A stretch of DNA of 64,000 bases from a virus (IMGVR_UViG_3300042691_035162:914-64913), one strand, 5' to 3'. Shown: positions 20,065 to 28,031, numbered from the stretch's first letter. Notes: generated by a model from the sequence alone, not told the origin. Program-made: numbers and translations.

Positions 20065-20763
20065 TCATCGGGCGGCCCGCCCGATATCCCCGGCCACATG
20101 ATGCCGGAGCATGGACCCCGGCGGTAAGCTCTTTGCGAATGCCTTAAGCGCGGCCGCATCATCGGCCGCGCCAGTCTTCCGTGTGCCGTGCCACTGTATG
20201 GCCGTTGGTCCTTGGGCCGCGTAGCATCCCCCGGCGCAATCGGTCCCCACCTTTTTAGCCCCTGTGCCATGGGCCACGAACACCACCACATAGTCGCGGT
20301 CGGCCCGGGCGCACAGCGGCCGGCCATTGCCGCACTGCATGCACGTGAAATTATCGGCAAGCTCCGCCGGACACTGCACGAACTTCACGCCACGATATTC
20401 ATGGCCCCCGGACCAATCCGTGCCAAGAGGCGCGGCCACGACAGCGGGCCGGCCGATCGCCACAGCTTCTACGGCCGAGTCCATGTCATCGCATGATGCA
20501 TTAATTACAGTCTGCCCCGGACCGGCCACTGGAATATCGGCCGCCGGGAAATGAGAATAGGTCCACGCGACACCATTGCGCGGCACAGCCTCAAGCATTG
20601 CCGCGAGATAATCGCGGTCGATTTCATCCGCGCCAGATTCTGGCGCGGGATTCAAGGCGCAAGTCTTCGGGCACGTGCCGTAAGTGTCACGGACCCCGGC
20701 CCTATACGTCACAGCAATCGGCCCGGTCTTTTTGTTGCTGGATACTTGGACAGTCTTAAGCAT
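20065..20763 (-). CDS. Cys-rich hypothetical phage protein (putative metal/Fe-S binding)
   Basis: Start refined to MLKTVQVSSNKKTGP; TCPKTC, CPAE..CMQC...LCAR, GGCYA and RHHVAGD motifs. Confidence 0.65.
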   Translation of the reverse strand: MLKTVQVSSNKKTGPIAVTYRAGVRDTYGTCPKTCALNPAPESGADEIDRDYLAAMLEAVPRNGVAWTYSHFPAADIPVAGPGQTVINASCDDMDSAVEAVAIGRPAVVAAPLGTDWSGGHEYRGVKFVQCPAELADNFTCMQCGNGRPLCARADRDYVVVFVAHGTGAKKVGTDCAGGCYAAQGPTAIQWHGTRKTGAADDAAALKAFAKSLPPGSMLRHHVAGDIGRAAR

Positions 20764-21040
20764 GATGAAACCCCCTTCTTCTGTATGAGCGGCCATTATA
20801 GCATGGCCGTTTAGAAAATAAACAAGGCCCCATAGCATCAATGGTCAATAATTGACCAACAAACGGCCCGCGCGGGCGCGGGCCCGTGCAAAAAGATACA
20901 CGGACCCCGGACCAAGGGACGAGGGGCTTAGTTTTTCTCCCTCCTGTACCATCCCATATTGCCTGCAAAAAGGGACCAAAACCCCTTAAAAAGTGGAGTC
21001 TCGGCCCTAATTTCACTGGTCAATTTTTGATCGGTAATAA

Positions 21041-21238
21041 TTACCGCTCATCGTAGGCTCTTGGATCAATTGCGCCATTATAAGCCGCCTCTAAATCCTC
21101 GCTAATCCAAGCCATCGCCTGACACGCGCTTTTCCACGCCTCGTCATTATGCTTTGTCCCTTTCGGGTGGTCGTTGCGCCAATCAATTAATAAAGTCCAA
21201 ACCTCGTTTAATTGAGAATGAAAATTATTGCGAGTCAT
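21041..21238 (-). CDS. Hypothetical protein
   Basis: 65 aa; GAGG RBS. Confidence 0.5.
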   Translation of the reverse strand: MTRNNFHSQLNEVWTLLIDWRNDHPKGTKHNDEAWKSACQAMAWISEDLEAAYNGAIDPRAYDER

Positions 21239-21413
21239 GGCTTTCCTCCTCGATCACGAATGTATAGGTCCGATTACACAGCGGGCACTTGCCACGCTCG
21301 AATTGTTCCCCAGCGTCGCTGGTGAAAAAGTCAGTCACCAGCCGAATGCCATGGGTCGGGCAAGCGGGCATCCCATCTTGGCCCAAAACGTAGAAAAGCA
21401 AGTTAGACGCCAT
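21225..21413 (-). CDS. Small Zn-ribbon-like protein
   Basis: CPTH...CPLC. Confidence 0.5.
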   Translation of the reverse strand: MASNLLFYVLGQDGMPACPTHGIRLVTDFFTSDAGEQFERGKCPLCNRTYTFVIEEESHDSQ

Positions 21414-21717
21414 AGTGAATCTCCTCAGTTAATTTGGTGGTGTCCACATGGCCGAACTGAAATTCAGTACGCACGACATACTTGAATCGCTCGATAATGT
21501 ATAGAGCTTGGTCTTCCAAATAATCCGTCAGGCTGTCGGTATGGAGACGAAAAGCGTCGGCCCTAGCGTAGTCCGCAGAGTCGGCCCGCGTGTCCCAATG
21601 GTTGCCCTCAGGGTAATAGTCGTATCGATACTCGCCGTTATCAATGTCAAATAGGAAACGCAACGGCTCATCAATGAACACCTCGATCTTGAGGTTTGGT
21701 GCTGGCTTAAAAGTCAT
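21403..21717 (-). CDS. Hypothetical early protein
   Basis: Start MTFKPAP after AGGAG; sigma70 promoter upstream. Confidence 0.55.
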   Translation of the reverse strand: MTFKPAPNLKIEVFIDEPLRFLFDIDNGEYRYDYYPEGNHWDTRADSADYARADAFRLHTDSLTDYLEDQALYIIERFKYVVRTEFQFGHVDTTKLTEEIHYGV

Positions 21718-21750
21718 GTTATTTCTCCTGTATGAAAGTACTACGGGCAC

Positions 21751-21779
21751 AGTATCGTTTAGTTTTTAAACGTTGTCAA
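21751..21779 (-). promoter_or_regulatory. Sigma70-type promoter
   Basis: TTGACA-17 nt-GATACT on the minus strand. Confidence 0.65.
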
Positions 21780-22151
21780 GTGTTTTTTAACACTCTCCCA
21801 ATCCCACGGATATTTCTGCTCAAGACTAGGTGCTAGCAATATTCCGGACTGGGCCAAAGCGTACGACTGCCAGCCCTCATACACCATAAGCCGAGCCTTA
21901 CGGCCTTTGTCGTACTGCACAAAAACCCACGTCGGATAGCCCTTGTGATTTGAATGAAACGATATCTGGTGCGGACTGAGCTTAACCTTCCCATTGGGCT
22001 GGGCAACCTTCAACTCAACAAGATGAAAATTATTGTCTAGCCCTACGATACAGTCCGGAATGCCCAAATTAACCCACGACTCTACCCTCGTTATCTTCGC
22101 CCCCGTCATCCCCTTCCTCATCTTCTGATAAAACGCCGACTCCGGTTTCAT
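21759..22151 (-). CDS. VRR-NUC / Holliday junction resolvase-like PD-(D/E)XK nuclease
   Basis: MKPESAFY...RVES...GIPD...VELK...LSPHQ. Confidence 0.8.
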   Translation of the reverse strand: MKPESAFYQKMRKGMTGAKITRVESWVNLGIPDCIVGLDNNFHLVELKVAQPNGKVKLSPHQISFHSNHKGYPTWVFVQYDKGRKARLMVYEGWQSYALAQSGILLAPSLEQKYPWDWESVKKHLTTFKN

Positions 22152-22770
22152 TAAGGAACTCCTCTGTGTGGTCCACGGTTTTTTCGTACTCAATAGACTG
22201 AGTAATTTTGGCGTCTACAACTTCTGAACTTCCTTGGTACAACTTACGCAGGGCTTCGAGTTTTTTCTGCACTTCCTCTTTGCTCATGGAATCAATAGAT
22301 CCGTGCCGTATTTCCTTGCGGTCGATATAAATCGTGCCAAGAGCTTGGCCTCTCCGATATTCCGCCTGTACTGCCGCGGCCCATGCCCCGGCCTCTATCG
22401 CTTTATCTCGAATGAACTGCAAATCCTTCATGTGCCGTTCAAAAGTCGTCCCATGTTTGGCATTTAATTCCGCTTGTCTACGCTGGATCGCCGCCACCAC
22501 ATGGGGATACTTCTCCGGGGTGGTTAATTCAGATCCCATCCTTCCGGCAATAGACTTTGGATAGCCAGCTTCCAACGCGGCTTGGGTCAAAGTTATCGTC
22601 CCATCGGCCCCAGCGTAAATCTCAACAAACTTTGCCTCCCGGGGTTTCAAAGGTTTACGTTTTCCGGTTAGCGGTGCCCCTGCTGTAGCTATCCTAGCTT
22701 GGGCTTTATGAGCCCGCCTTTTTGGCATGTCGCTTACTTTCTTCGGCCTGCCCCTCTTCTGATCTTCCAT
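22069..22770 (-). CDS. terS: Terminase small subunit
   Basis: REAKFVEIY...TQAALEAGY...PHVVAAI HTH-like TerS pattern; acidic tail. Confidence 0.75.
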   Translation of the reverse strand: MEDQKRGRPKKVSDMPKRRAHKAQARIATAGAPLTGKRKPLKPREAKFVEIYAGADGTITLTQAALEAGYPKSIAGRMGSELTTPEKYPHVVAAIQRRQAELNAKHGTTFERHMKDLQFIRDKAIEAGAWAAAVQAEYRRGQALGTIYIDRKEIRHGSIDSMSKEEVQKKLEALRKLYQGSSEVVDAKITQSIEYEKTVDHTEEFLNETGVGVLSEDEEGDDGGEDNEGRVVG

Positions 22771-22895
22771 GCTCGCTTCTCCGCAACGATTCGTAAACCA
22801 TGCCCCAACTGGGCGTTCCCGGGTGGTTTGTCTTCCCGTCCAATCCGTAATACGTTGTCCTCGCTATCATCTGATCGATAGCGGCATCCCGAGAT

Positions 22896-23183
22896 TCATC
22901 TATCTTGTCCAGCATATTCATCAGCAGACCCATAAACACCATCACTTTCTCCTTTATCAAAATGCTTGGGGCATAGCATCCATGTAGGGATGCCAGTTTT
23001 TTTACTTAAATCCTCGATGTACATACGGGGTATGGACCCCCGGCTTTTCCAGTTCCAAACGGCCTGAGGGGTAACCGAGCAAAAGGTAGCTATGTCGTCC
23101 TGCGAGCCAAAGGAAATCAGCAGCATTTCTACTGGGTTGTCTGGCAGTTGGTCGTATAGCTCTGGGATGACTCGCATAATCAT
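22896..23183 (-). CDS. Cro/YdaS-like HTH regulator
   Basis: FGSQDDIATFCSVTPQAVWNWKSRGSIP. Confidence 0.75.
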   Translation of the reverse strand: MIMRVIPELYDQLPDNPVEMLLISFGSQDDIATFCSVTPQAVWNWKSRGSIPRMYIEDLSKKTGIPTWMLCPKHFDKGESDGVYGSADEYAGQDR

Positions 23184-23202
23184 TTTCTTTCTCCTTTTGT
23201 TT

Positions 23203-23231
23203 ATTATCTACACGATTCTTTTGAATGTCAA
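23203..23231 (-). promoter_or_regulatory. Sigma70-type promoter for the Cro-like/TerS operon
   Basis: TTGACA-17 nt-GATAAT, followed by an AGGAG RBS. Confidence 0.7.
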
Positions 23232-23539
23232 ACCCAACTCCTTATACGTATGTTTTTCAAAAATTTTTTCACTACACACTTTTTATTTCAAAAACCGGAC
23301 GTAGGGTGGCAAGAGTCTCGTTTATACAACATTACATCTGTTGTTAAAGGATTACTTTAACGTAATTCTTACTGTAATGCTAATTCCTTATATAAATCAT
23401 ATACTTACTTCAATAATTACGTTTATTACGCCTAAAAGTGACTTAAAAAAAGTGTTTAATGAAAAAATTTTTAAAAATCCACACTATAAGGAAGCACCGT
23501 GGTCCCTGGTCCCTGGTCCGTGATCCAAGAAGCTCGACC

Positions 23540-23615
23540 CCTGACCAAATCAGTCAAGTATCAATTAAGCACCCTAGCCTGACCAAATCAGTCAAGTATC
23601 AATTAAGTACCCTAG
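23540..23615. repeat. Tandem 38-bp direct repeat (2 copies, 1 mismatch)
   Basis: CCTGACCAAATCAGTCAAGTATCAATTAAG(C/T)ACCCTAG at 23540-23577 and 23578-23615. Confidence 0.9.
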
Positions 23616-23781
23616 TCAGATAACTAGTCAGGCGACTAGTTACCTCTCATACGTATCTGGAGTAACCTATCAATTGCCCAGCGGTAACAACAGAATTCCG
23701 TGCAACGTGGGGTTCGGTTGTTGTACACAGCCGCTGGGCACGTTACACTTTGTTTATTCCGTTTCCAAAGGTTTTACGGCC

Positions 23782-24585
23782 ATGGCACTCGATTACCACG
23801 CAATTCTCATGAATTTGCAGGGCACTCAAGCCCCCAACTCCTTCACTGATGCACAGGTCGTCGATTACCTGACCAATGTCATCCCTGGTGCCTCCGATCG
23901 AGATATCGCTGCGCACATGACCCGGCTAAACGTTGGCGTGGACCAAGTAGCCCGGGCGACAAAGTTACCTGTGGCAGATGTTCAAAAAAGGTTTGTCGCA
24001 GCTACTGCTCCCCTGCCTACGGAAAAGTTCAAAGACACTGACATCACGCAATACATTAAAGATCGCGGAGGCTCACTTACTGAGCCACAGCTAATGGCAG
24101 AGATGATCAGCACGGGTGTTTCCCCCGAGCAATACGCACGGGCAACCAACACCCCCTTGGCCCAAGTTCAAACGCGCTATGGGGCCGTAGTAAATCCCCT
24201 GATGTCCTCCCTTCCCATCCCTGGTGGGGCGAGCACTCCTGCTACCACCCCAACCACAACACCGGGAACCACCACAACCCCAACGCGCACCGCCACGGCA
24301 CCGATCCCACCGGGGCTCACCCCCGGCAACGTGGACACGACGACAATCGTCGCTACCCCGCCGATCACCACAGGGGTTGTGCCGCAGATGCCTACACAGT
24401 ACATCACCCCGACTGGGGCGCTGGGCAATGCCCCCGCAGGCGTGTCGCAGCTTGCCGTGCCGATGTTAAACATGCGCAACGTCATCAACCAGGACGTGGT
24501 GCCCAACATCGTAGCGGCGCCAAAAACCACCCCGCAACTGAGCTACACCCCCATCACACAACTGGGCGTACCGCGAATCTTCTGA
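23782..24585 (+). CDS. Hypothetical protein with two ~50-aa helical repeats and a P/T-rich tail
   Basis: Likely start MALDYHAIL; repeats FTDAQV...VQKRF and FKDTDI...VQTRY. Confidence 0.65.
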   Translation: MALDYHAILMNLQGTQAPNSFTDAQVVDYLTNVIPGASDRDIAAHMTRLNVGVDQVARATKLPVADVQKRFVAATAPLPTEKFKDTDITQYIKDRGGSLTEPQLMAEMISTGVSPEQYARATNTPLAQVQTRYGAVVNPLMSSLPIPGGASTPATTPTTTPGTTTTPTRTATAPIPPGLTPGNVDTTTIVATPPITTGVVPQMPTQYITPTGALGNAPAGVSQLAVPMLNMRNVINQDVVPNIVAAPKTTPQLSYTPITQLGVPRIF

Positions 24586-24715
24586 TTTGCCCAATTTGCC
24601 CAAAATTTGGGCAAGCATGCTCGTAAACCCCTAGCGGTTCGAGTCCCGATTATTCTGGACTCTTAACATTTGGACGGCACAATGATCCCTGGTTCGAGTC
24701 CCGGGGAGGGGAGAA

Positions 24716-25141
24716 GTGCCATTCAAAGACCCAGAACAAAAGCGGGCGTATGAACGCGTCTACCGCAAGACGCACTATGAGAAGAACAAGGCGTCCGTAC
24801 AGGCCCGCGTGGCCCGTAATAAAAAGCTTGCCCGCGAGAAGTGGGTGGAGTTCAAAGCCAGCCAGGTTTGCCACAATTGTGGTATGACCCACCCGGCCAT
24901 CATAGACTTCCACCACGTCGTGCGGGACGGGACACAGCAGTCCGTTAACCGCATGGCGGCGGATAATCGCTGGAAGGCCATCTACGAGGAGGTCAAAAAG
25001 TGCATCCCCCTGTGCTCCAACTGCCATCGGATACTACACTGGGACGAGAGCCGCAAAAAGATGATCACCAAGGACATGACCAACCGTACGATGAACCGCA
25101 CTAAGGAGAGTACGAATGACGACGATAGCGGCCCGATTTAG
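24716..25141 (+). CDS. HNH endonuclease
   Basis: CHNCG...DFHH...KCIPLCSNCHRILH. Confidence 0.85.
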   Translation: MPFKDPEQKRAYERVYRKTHYEKNKASVQARVARNKKLAREKWVEFKASQVCHNCGMTHPAIIDFHHVVRDGTQQSVNRMAADNRWKAIYEEVKKCIPLCSNCHRILHWDESRKKMITKDMTNRTMNRTKESTNDDDSGPI

Positions 25142-25577
25142 CACCCTGGAGATAGCGGCAGATAGCCAGGTCTCGGGCGACGACGTGAAGTACTACATCG
25201 AGAAGCTGCGTCGGGGCAAGGACTGCATCTTCGGTGGGGCCGGGGACCTTGATAAGTTGCTCAAGTTCTATGACTCAGTAGAAAAGAACGGGGACTTTGA
25301 TGACCCCATCGAGGTGGACGTGCTCGAGCTTCGGGCTGACGGGATCTACGTCTACGAATCCACCATCCACCCGGTCAAGGTCCGGGGAGACTTCTTCTCG
25401 ATAGGCACTGGCTCAGCCTATGCGCTAGCTGCGATGTACCTGGGGAAAAGCCCCAAGGAGGCCATCGAAATAGCCTCCCTGTTCGATCCGGTGACCGGCG
25501 GGCCTATTGACGTGCTAAAGCTTGAACCGGGGTCCGTGGTGCGTAAGAAACGCACCACGAAGAAAGCTGCTACTTAA
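25116..25577 (+). CDS. Ntn-hydrolase (HslV/proteasome beta-like) peptidase
   Basis: N-terminal MTTIAA nucleophile Thr, AADSQ, IGTGSAYALAAM...AIEIA..FD..TGG. Confidence 0.8.
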   Translation: MTTIAARFSTLEIAADSQVSGDDVKYYIEKLRRGKDCIFGGAGDLDKLLKFYDSVEKNGDFDDPIEVDVLELRADGIYVYESTIHPVKVRGDFFSIGTGSAYALAAMYLGKSPKEAIEIASLFDPVTGGPIDVLKLEPGSVVRKKRTTKKAAT

Positions 25578-25962
25578 GGAAATGCATCCGGTGGATCTTG
25601 TACAACTCTAAGCTTAGATCACTGGACTTCTCGTAGGCTTCTTTCACAAACCGCTCTGCGATACAGATTAAAGCCGAAGCACGATTTGAATTTAAATCCT
25701 CCAGGTCATACATCGCGGAATCCATAAGCTGAACAACCTCGTGCAGCTTATCGCAGACTTTGTCGTGATCCTCGAGGATGGCAAAAAACTCCCGAGGAGG
25801 GTCTTTCTTATCCTCCGCCGCGATTTGGTTTCGAATAGTAGCGGCCCTATCCACCAGCCAGGTATCAAGCTTTTTGGCAATAGCATTAGAGCCTTTTTTG
25901 GAGCCTTTTTTAGAGCTTTTTACGGAGCCTTTTTTGGCTCCTTTTACGGGTTTTTTAGTCAT
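25570..25962 (-). CDS. Hypothetical protein with Lys-rich KKGS N-terminus and helical C-terminus
   Basis: ATGA overlap with the stop of the RAMP-like gene. Confidence 0.6.
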   Translation of the reverse strand: MTKKPVKGAKKGSVKSSKKGSKKGSNAIAKKLDTWLVDRAATIRNQIAAEDKKDPPREFFAILEDHDKVCDKLHEVVQLMDSAMYDLEDLNSNRASALICIAERFVKEAYEKSSDLSLELYKIHRMHFLK

Positions 25963-26573
25963 GACAATACCTCAAAGTTAGTGATGTTGTACCGCCCGTA
26001 CGTTGGCCTAAAGTCCCCGGTGCCAACCAGCCGGCCTGCCATGTTGACTACCTCCTGAAATAGAATCGGATTGATGTATTCCGGGGTGAGAATCTGGAAT
26101 ACAACATTCGCCTTCCATCCAGCATACATAGCGGGCCGCGTACGATTGACTCCGTTTCTCTGGACCATAACGCGACGGGTATCGAGATAGTCCCAGTCTT
26201 TCACGCCAAGAGATGCAAGCGGCGTGAGGGAAACAACACCAGCTTTAAACAGATCCATTGCAGATTTGCGCGTGGACCGTGGGTCTTGCTTAAATTTTGC
26301 TGCCTGAATAATCGACTGCCGCAGGTACTCCCCGGGTAGGCACAGGAACCCTTTCTTGTCGCGCCAGACGTACGATTCAACGTCATCGGTTTTCTTCACG
26401 GCAGAGTTCTTTGCCGCGTTCGTCTTGGCCTCCACAGATTCGCAATTCCACTTGTGAAAGAGCAAATCTGCTGCCCCGGAAACGGTCACAGAAACCGTGT
26501 ACGGAAAGCTATGTTCAATGGCTGTTTTACCGCCATTGCTGGGTTCACTAACTACTTTTAAATTCGACTTCAT
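25959..26573 (-). CDS. Stand-alone RAMP/Cas7-like RNA-binding protein (204 aa)
   Basis: True start MKSNLKV at 26573 after AAGGAGAAGGTA. Beta-strand YTVSVTVSG-AADLLFH; LCLPGEYLRQSI matches the RAMP IPGSSLKG.IR motif; RTRPA; C-terminal G-rich loop AGRLVGTGDFRPTYGRY. Confidence 0.75.
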   Translation of the reverse strand: MKSNLKVVSEPSNGGKTAIEHSFPYTVSVTVSGAADLLFHKWNCESVEAKTNAAKNSAVKKTDDVESYVWRDKKGFLCLPGEYLRQSIIQAAKFKQDPRSTRKSAMDLFKAGVVSLTPLASLGVKDWDYLDTRRVMVQRNGVNRTRPAMYAGWKANVVFQILTPEYINPILFQEVVNMAGRLVGTGDFRPTYGRYNITNFEVLS

Positions 26574-26594
26574 TACCTTCTCCTTTATGAAAAA

Positions 26595-26730
26595 ACCATG
26601 CCATGTCTTGCCTAGCCATACCAACCCTCGCCATACCCTACCGCACCAAACCTGTACTTGCCTGGCCTCACCTCGCCATGCCATACCTCGCCTCGCCATG
26701 CCTGGCCTCGCCAAGCCACCCCATACCGCG
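26595..26730 (-). ncRNA. Pentameric GGY-NN repeat array (27 units), putative guide-RNA locus of the adjacent RAMP protein
   Basis: Exact 5-nt register over 135 nt; 23 of 27 triplets are GGY, 2 GGG, 1 GTA, 1 GAC; lies between the stop at 26736 and the RBS at about 26580; followed by a T tract. The repeat is directly seen; RNA function is inferred. Confidence 0.75.
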
Positions 26731-26735
26731 TTAAA

Positions 26736-26894
26736 TCATTTATGTCCCAGGGCAATCATCGTCAACCCGATATTGCCAACGAGGTAACCAAAATACGTGA
26801 CCGCCATCCACGGCTGGTCGTGTCTAAAAAACAATACCGCAATTGCCGCGTATTGCACGGCGATGAAAGCTATCAACCAGGCGGGAAGAGTCAT
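26736..26894 (-). CDS. Small two-TM membrane protein (52 aa)
   Basis: Manual translation MTLPAWLIAFIAVQYAAIAVLFFRHDQPWMAVTYFGYLVGNIGLTMIALGHK; ATGA overlap with upstream gene. Confidence 0.6.
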   Translation of the reverse strand: MTLPAWLIAFIAVQYAAIAVLFFRHDQPWMAVTYFGYLVGNIGLTMIALGHK

Positions 26895-27121
26895 TGGGCC
26901 GTGGTCGATGAGCTAAGAATTTTGAGCAGATTCAAAGAACCTGTGGACATGCACTCACCAAAGGTGATGTCGTCCAAATGATCAAAGTCATCCTCCGACA
27001 AAGGAGAGCCAATAAATGCGATTGTCTTGCCATTTGTAAGACGCACGTAAAGCACCTGCACAGGCTCATCAGGATCGCGGTTAAGCAGATTGGAGATTGC
27101 CAGAGAATCGGCATAGCTCAT
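26891..27121 (-). CDS. Hypothetical protein
   Basis: 76 aa, ATGA-coupled on both sides. Confidence 0.55.
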   Translation of the reverse strand: MSYADSLAISNLLNRDPDEPVQVLYVRLTNGKTIAFIGSPLSEDDFDHLDDITFGECMSTGSLNLLKILSSSTTAQ

Positions 27122-27321
27122 TTTGCTCTGTCCTGCGTTTGCTTGATGATGTCCGCGATTGTCTTGAGCTGGGGCTGCGGGGGCAGTTTAAAGTCCGTGT
27201 GGCCTTCCATCTCATCAATATGATCGATTAAAAGTTTCATGGCGCAACGCCACCCATCCAATTGAACATCAATGCCGCTCGTCCATGACCGGGCTAAGTG
27301 CTTGGCTTCGTCTAAGTTCAT
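27118..27321 (-). CDS. Hypothetical protein
   Basis: 67 aa; AAGGAG upstream. Confidence 0.5.
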   Translation of the reverse strand: MNLDEAKHLARSWTSGIDVQLDGWRCAMKLLIDHIDEMEGHTDFKLPPQPQLKTIADIIKQTQDRAK

Positions 27322-27438
27322 CTTCCAGCTCCTTATTACGCCTAAAAAGCACTTGGCAGGCGTAGGTTAACTGCTGTATATCTTGCCTTTGTCGCTCGAT
27401 ATAAGCAAGTGCCCTGGGGAGGGTATCGATTTCGCTAG

Positions 27439-27687
27439 TCACGTGTTCTTCCCTTTCTGATGTATGTGTAACTCTTGAAGGTGATCAGAAACCTCCAGAC
27501 CAAGCTGTCCAAAGTTTGACGCCGTAAAAACGGCCTGTAGATCCTTGATTGCCTGGTTATAACAAAGGCGCCCATACTCAAGTGCCAGGCTTTCCGGCAT
27601 TTGGTACTTCGCTCCCGTTTGTTTTAGGCCCGAGGTCATCGCTGCCACTAGATACTCTGTTAGCATCCTCTCGTTGTTTGGGTTCAT
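27439..27687 (-). CDS. Hypothetical protein
   Basis: Start refined to MNPNNERM after GGAGAAGGA. Confidence 0.5.
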   Translation of the reverse strand: MNPNNERMLTEYLVAAMTSGLKQTGAKYQMPESLALEYGRLCYNQAIKDLQAVFTASNFGQLGLEVSDHLQELHIHQKGKNT

Positions 27688-27827
27688 TTTTTCCTTCTCC
27701 AAATATTCGATCAAAGTTGTCCCAAAACGTTTGGTCTGGGACATTCATGGGACGTCTAGTAGATCCTTTTCCGCTCATATCAGTAACCCCAAAATGATTC
27801 CGGCAATTAGTATCGGCCACATGTTCT

Positions 27828-28031
27828 TCATTCCTTCACCTGATAAAACCTTACAACACCAGTCTTATGCATATCAGCTAGCCCTTGAGTAACAAAGAAA
27901 TCAAGTGCTCGCCTGGCGTGGGTTTCGCTGATCAGCAGCGTCTTCATTGCCTGCTTAATAGTCACTGGTGTTTTGCGCTCTAAGAGGTAATGCCAAATCT
28001 TCTCGTCTTTAGGATCAATGCTTACGGCCAT
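27828..28031 (-). CDS. Small winged-helix DNA-binding protein
   Basis: KIWHYL...PVTIKQAMKTLLISETHARRALDFFVTQGLA. Confidence 0.6.
   Translation of the reverse strand: MAVSIDPKDEKIWHYLLERKTPVTIKQAMKTLLISETHARRALDFFVTQGLADMHKTGVVRFYQVKE

Noticed and set aside
23540-23615. 38-bp repeat as a mini-CRISPR
   Set aside because: The two copies are directly adjacent with no spacer.
24630-24712. Intact tRNA gene
   Set aside because: No acceptor stem, D arm or anticodon stem could be folded; kept only as a remnant.
26574-26714. 47-aa N-terminal extension (MARPGMARRGMAWRGEARQ...) of the 251-aa ORF
   Set aside because: It is the pentamer array read in frame. A strong RBS precedes ATG 26573, and a 5-nt period is not codon-compatible.
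26595-26730. Canonical CRISPR array or simple microsatellite
   Set aside because: There are no 25-45-nt repeats with spacers. Variation is confined to two fixed positions per unit, unlike slippage-derived satellites.
27333-27347. 15-nt match TTATTACGCCTAAAA to 23423-23437
   Set aside because: The second copy lies inside a plausible small ORF and the sequence is AT-rich; probably chance.
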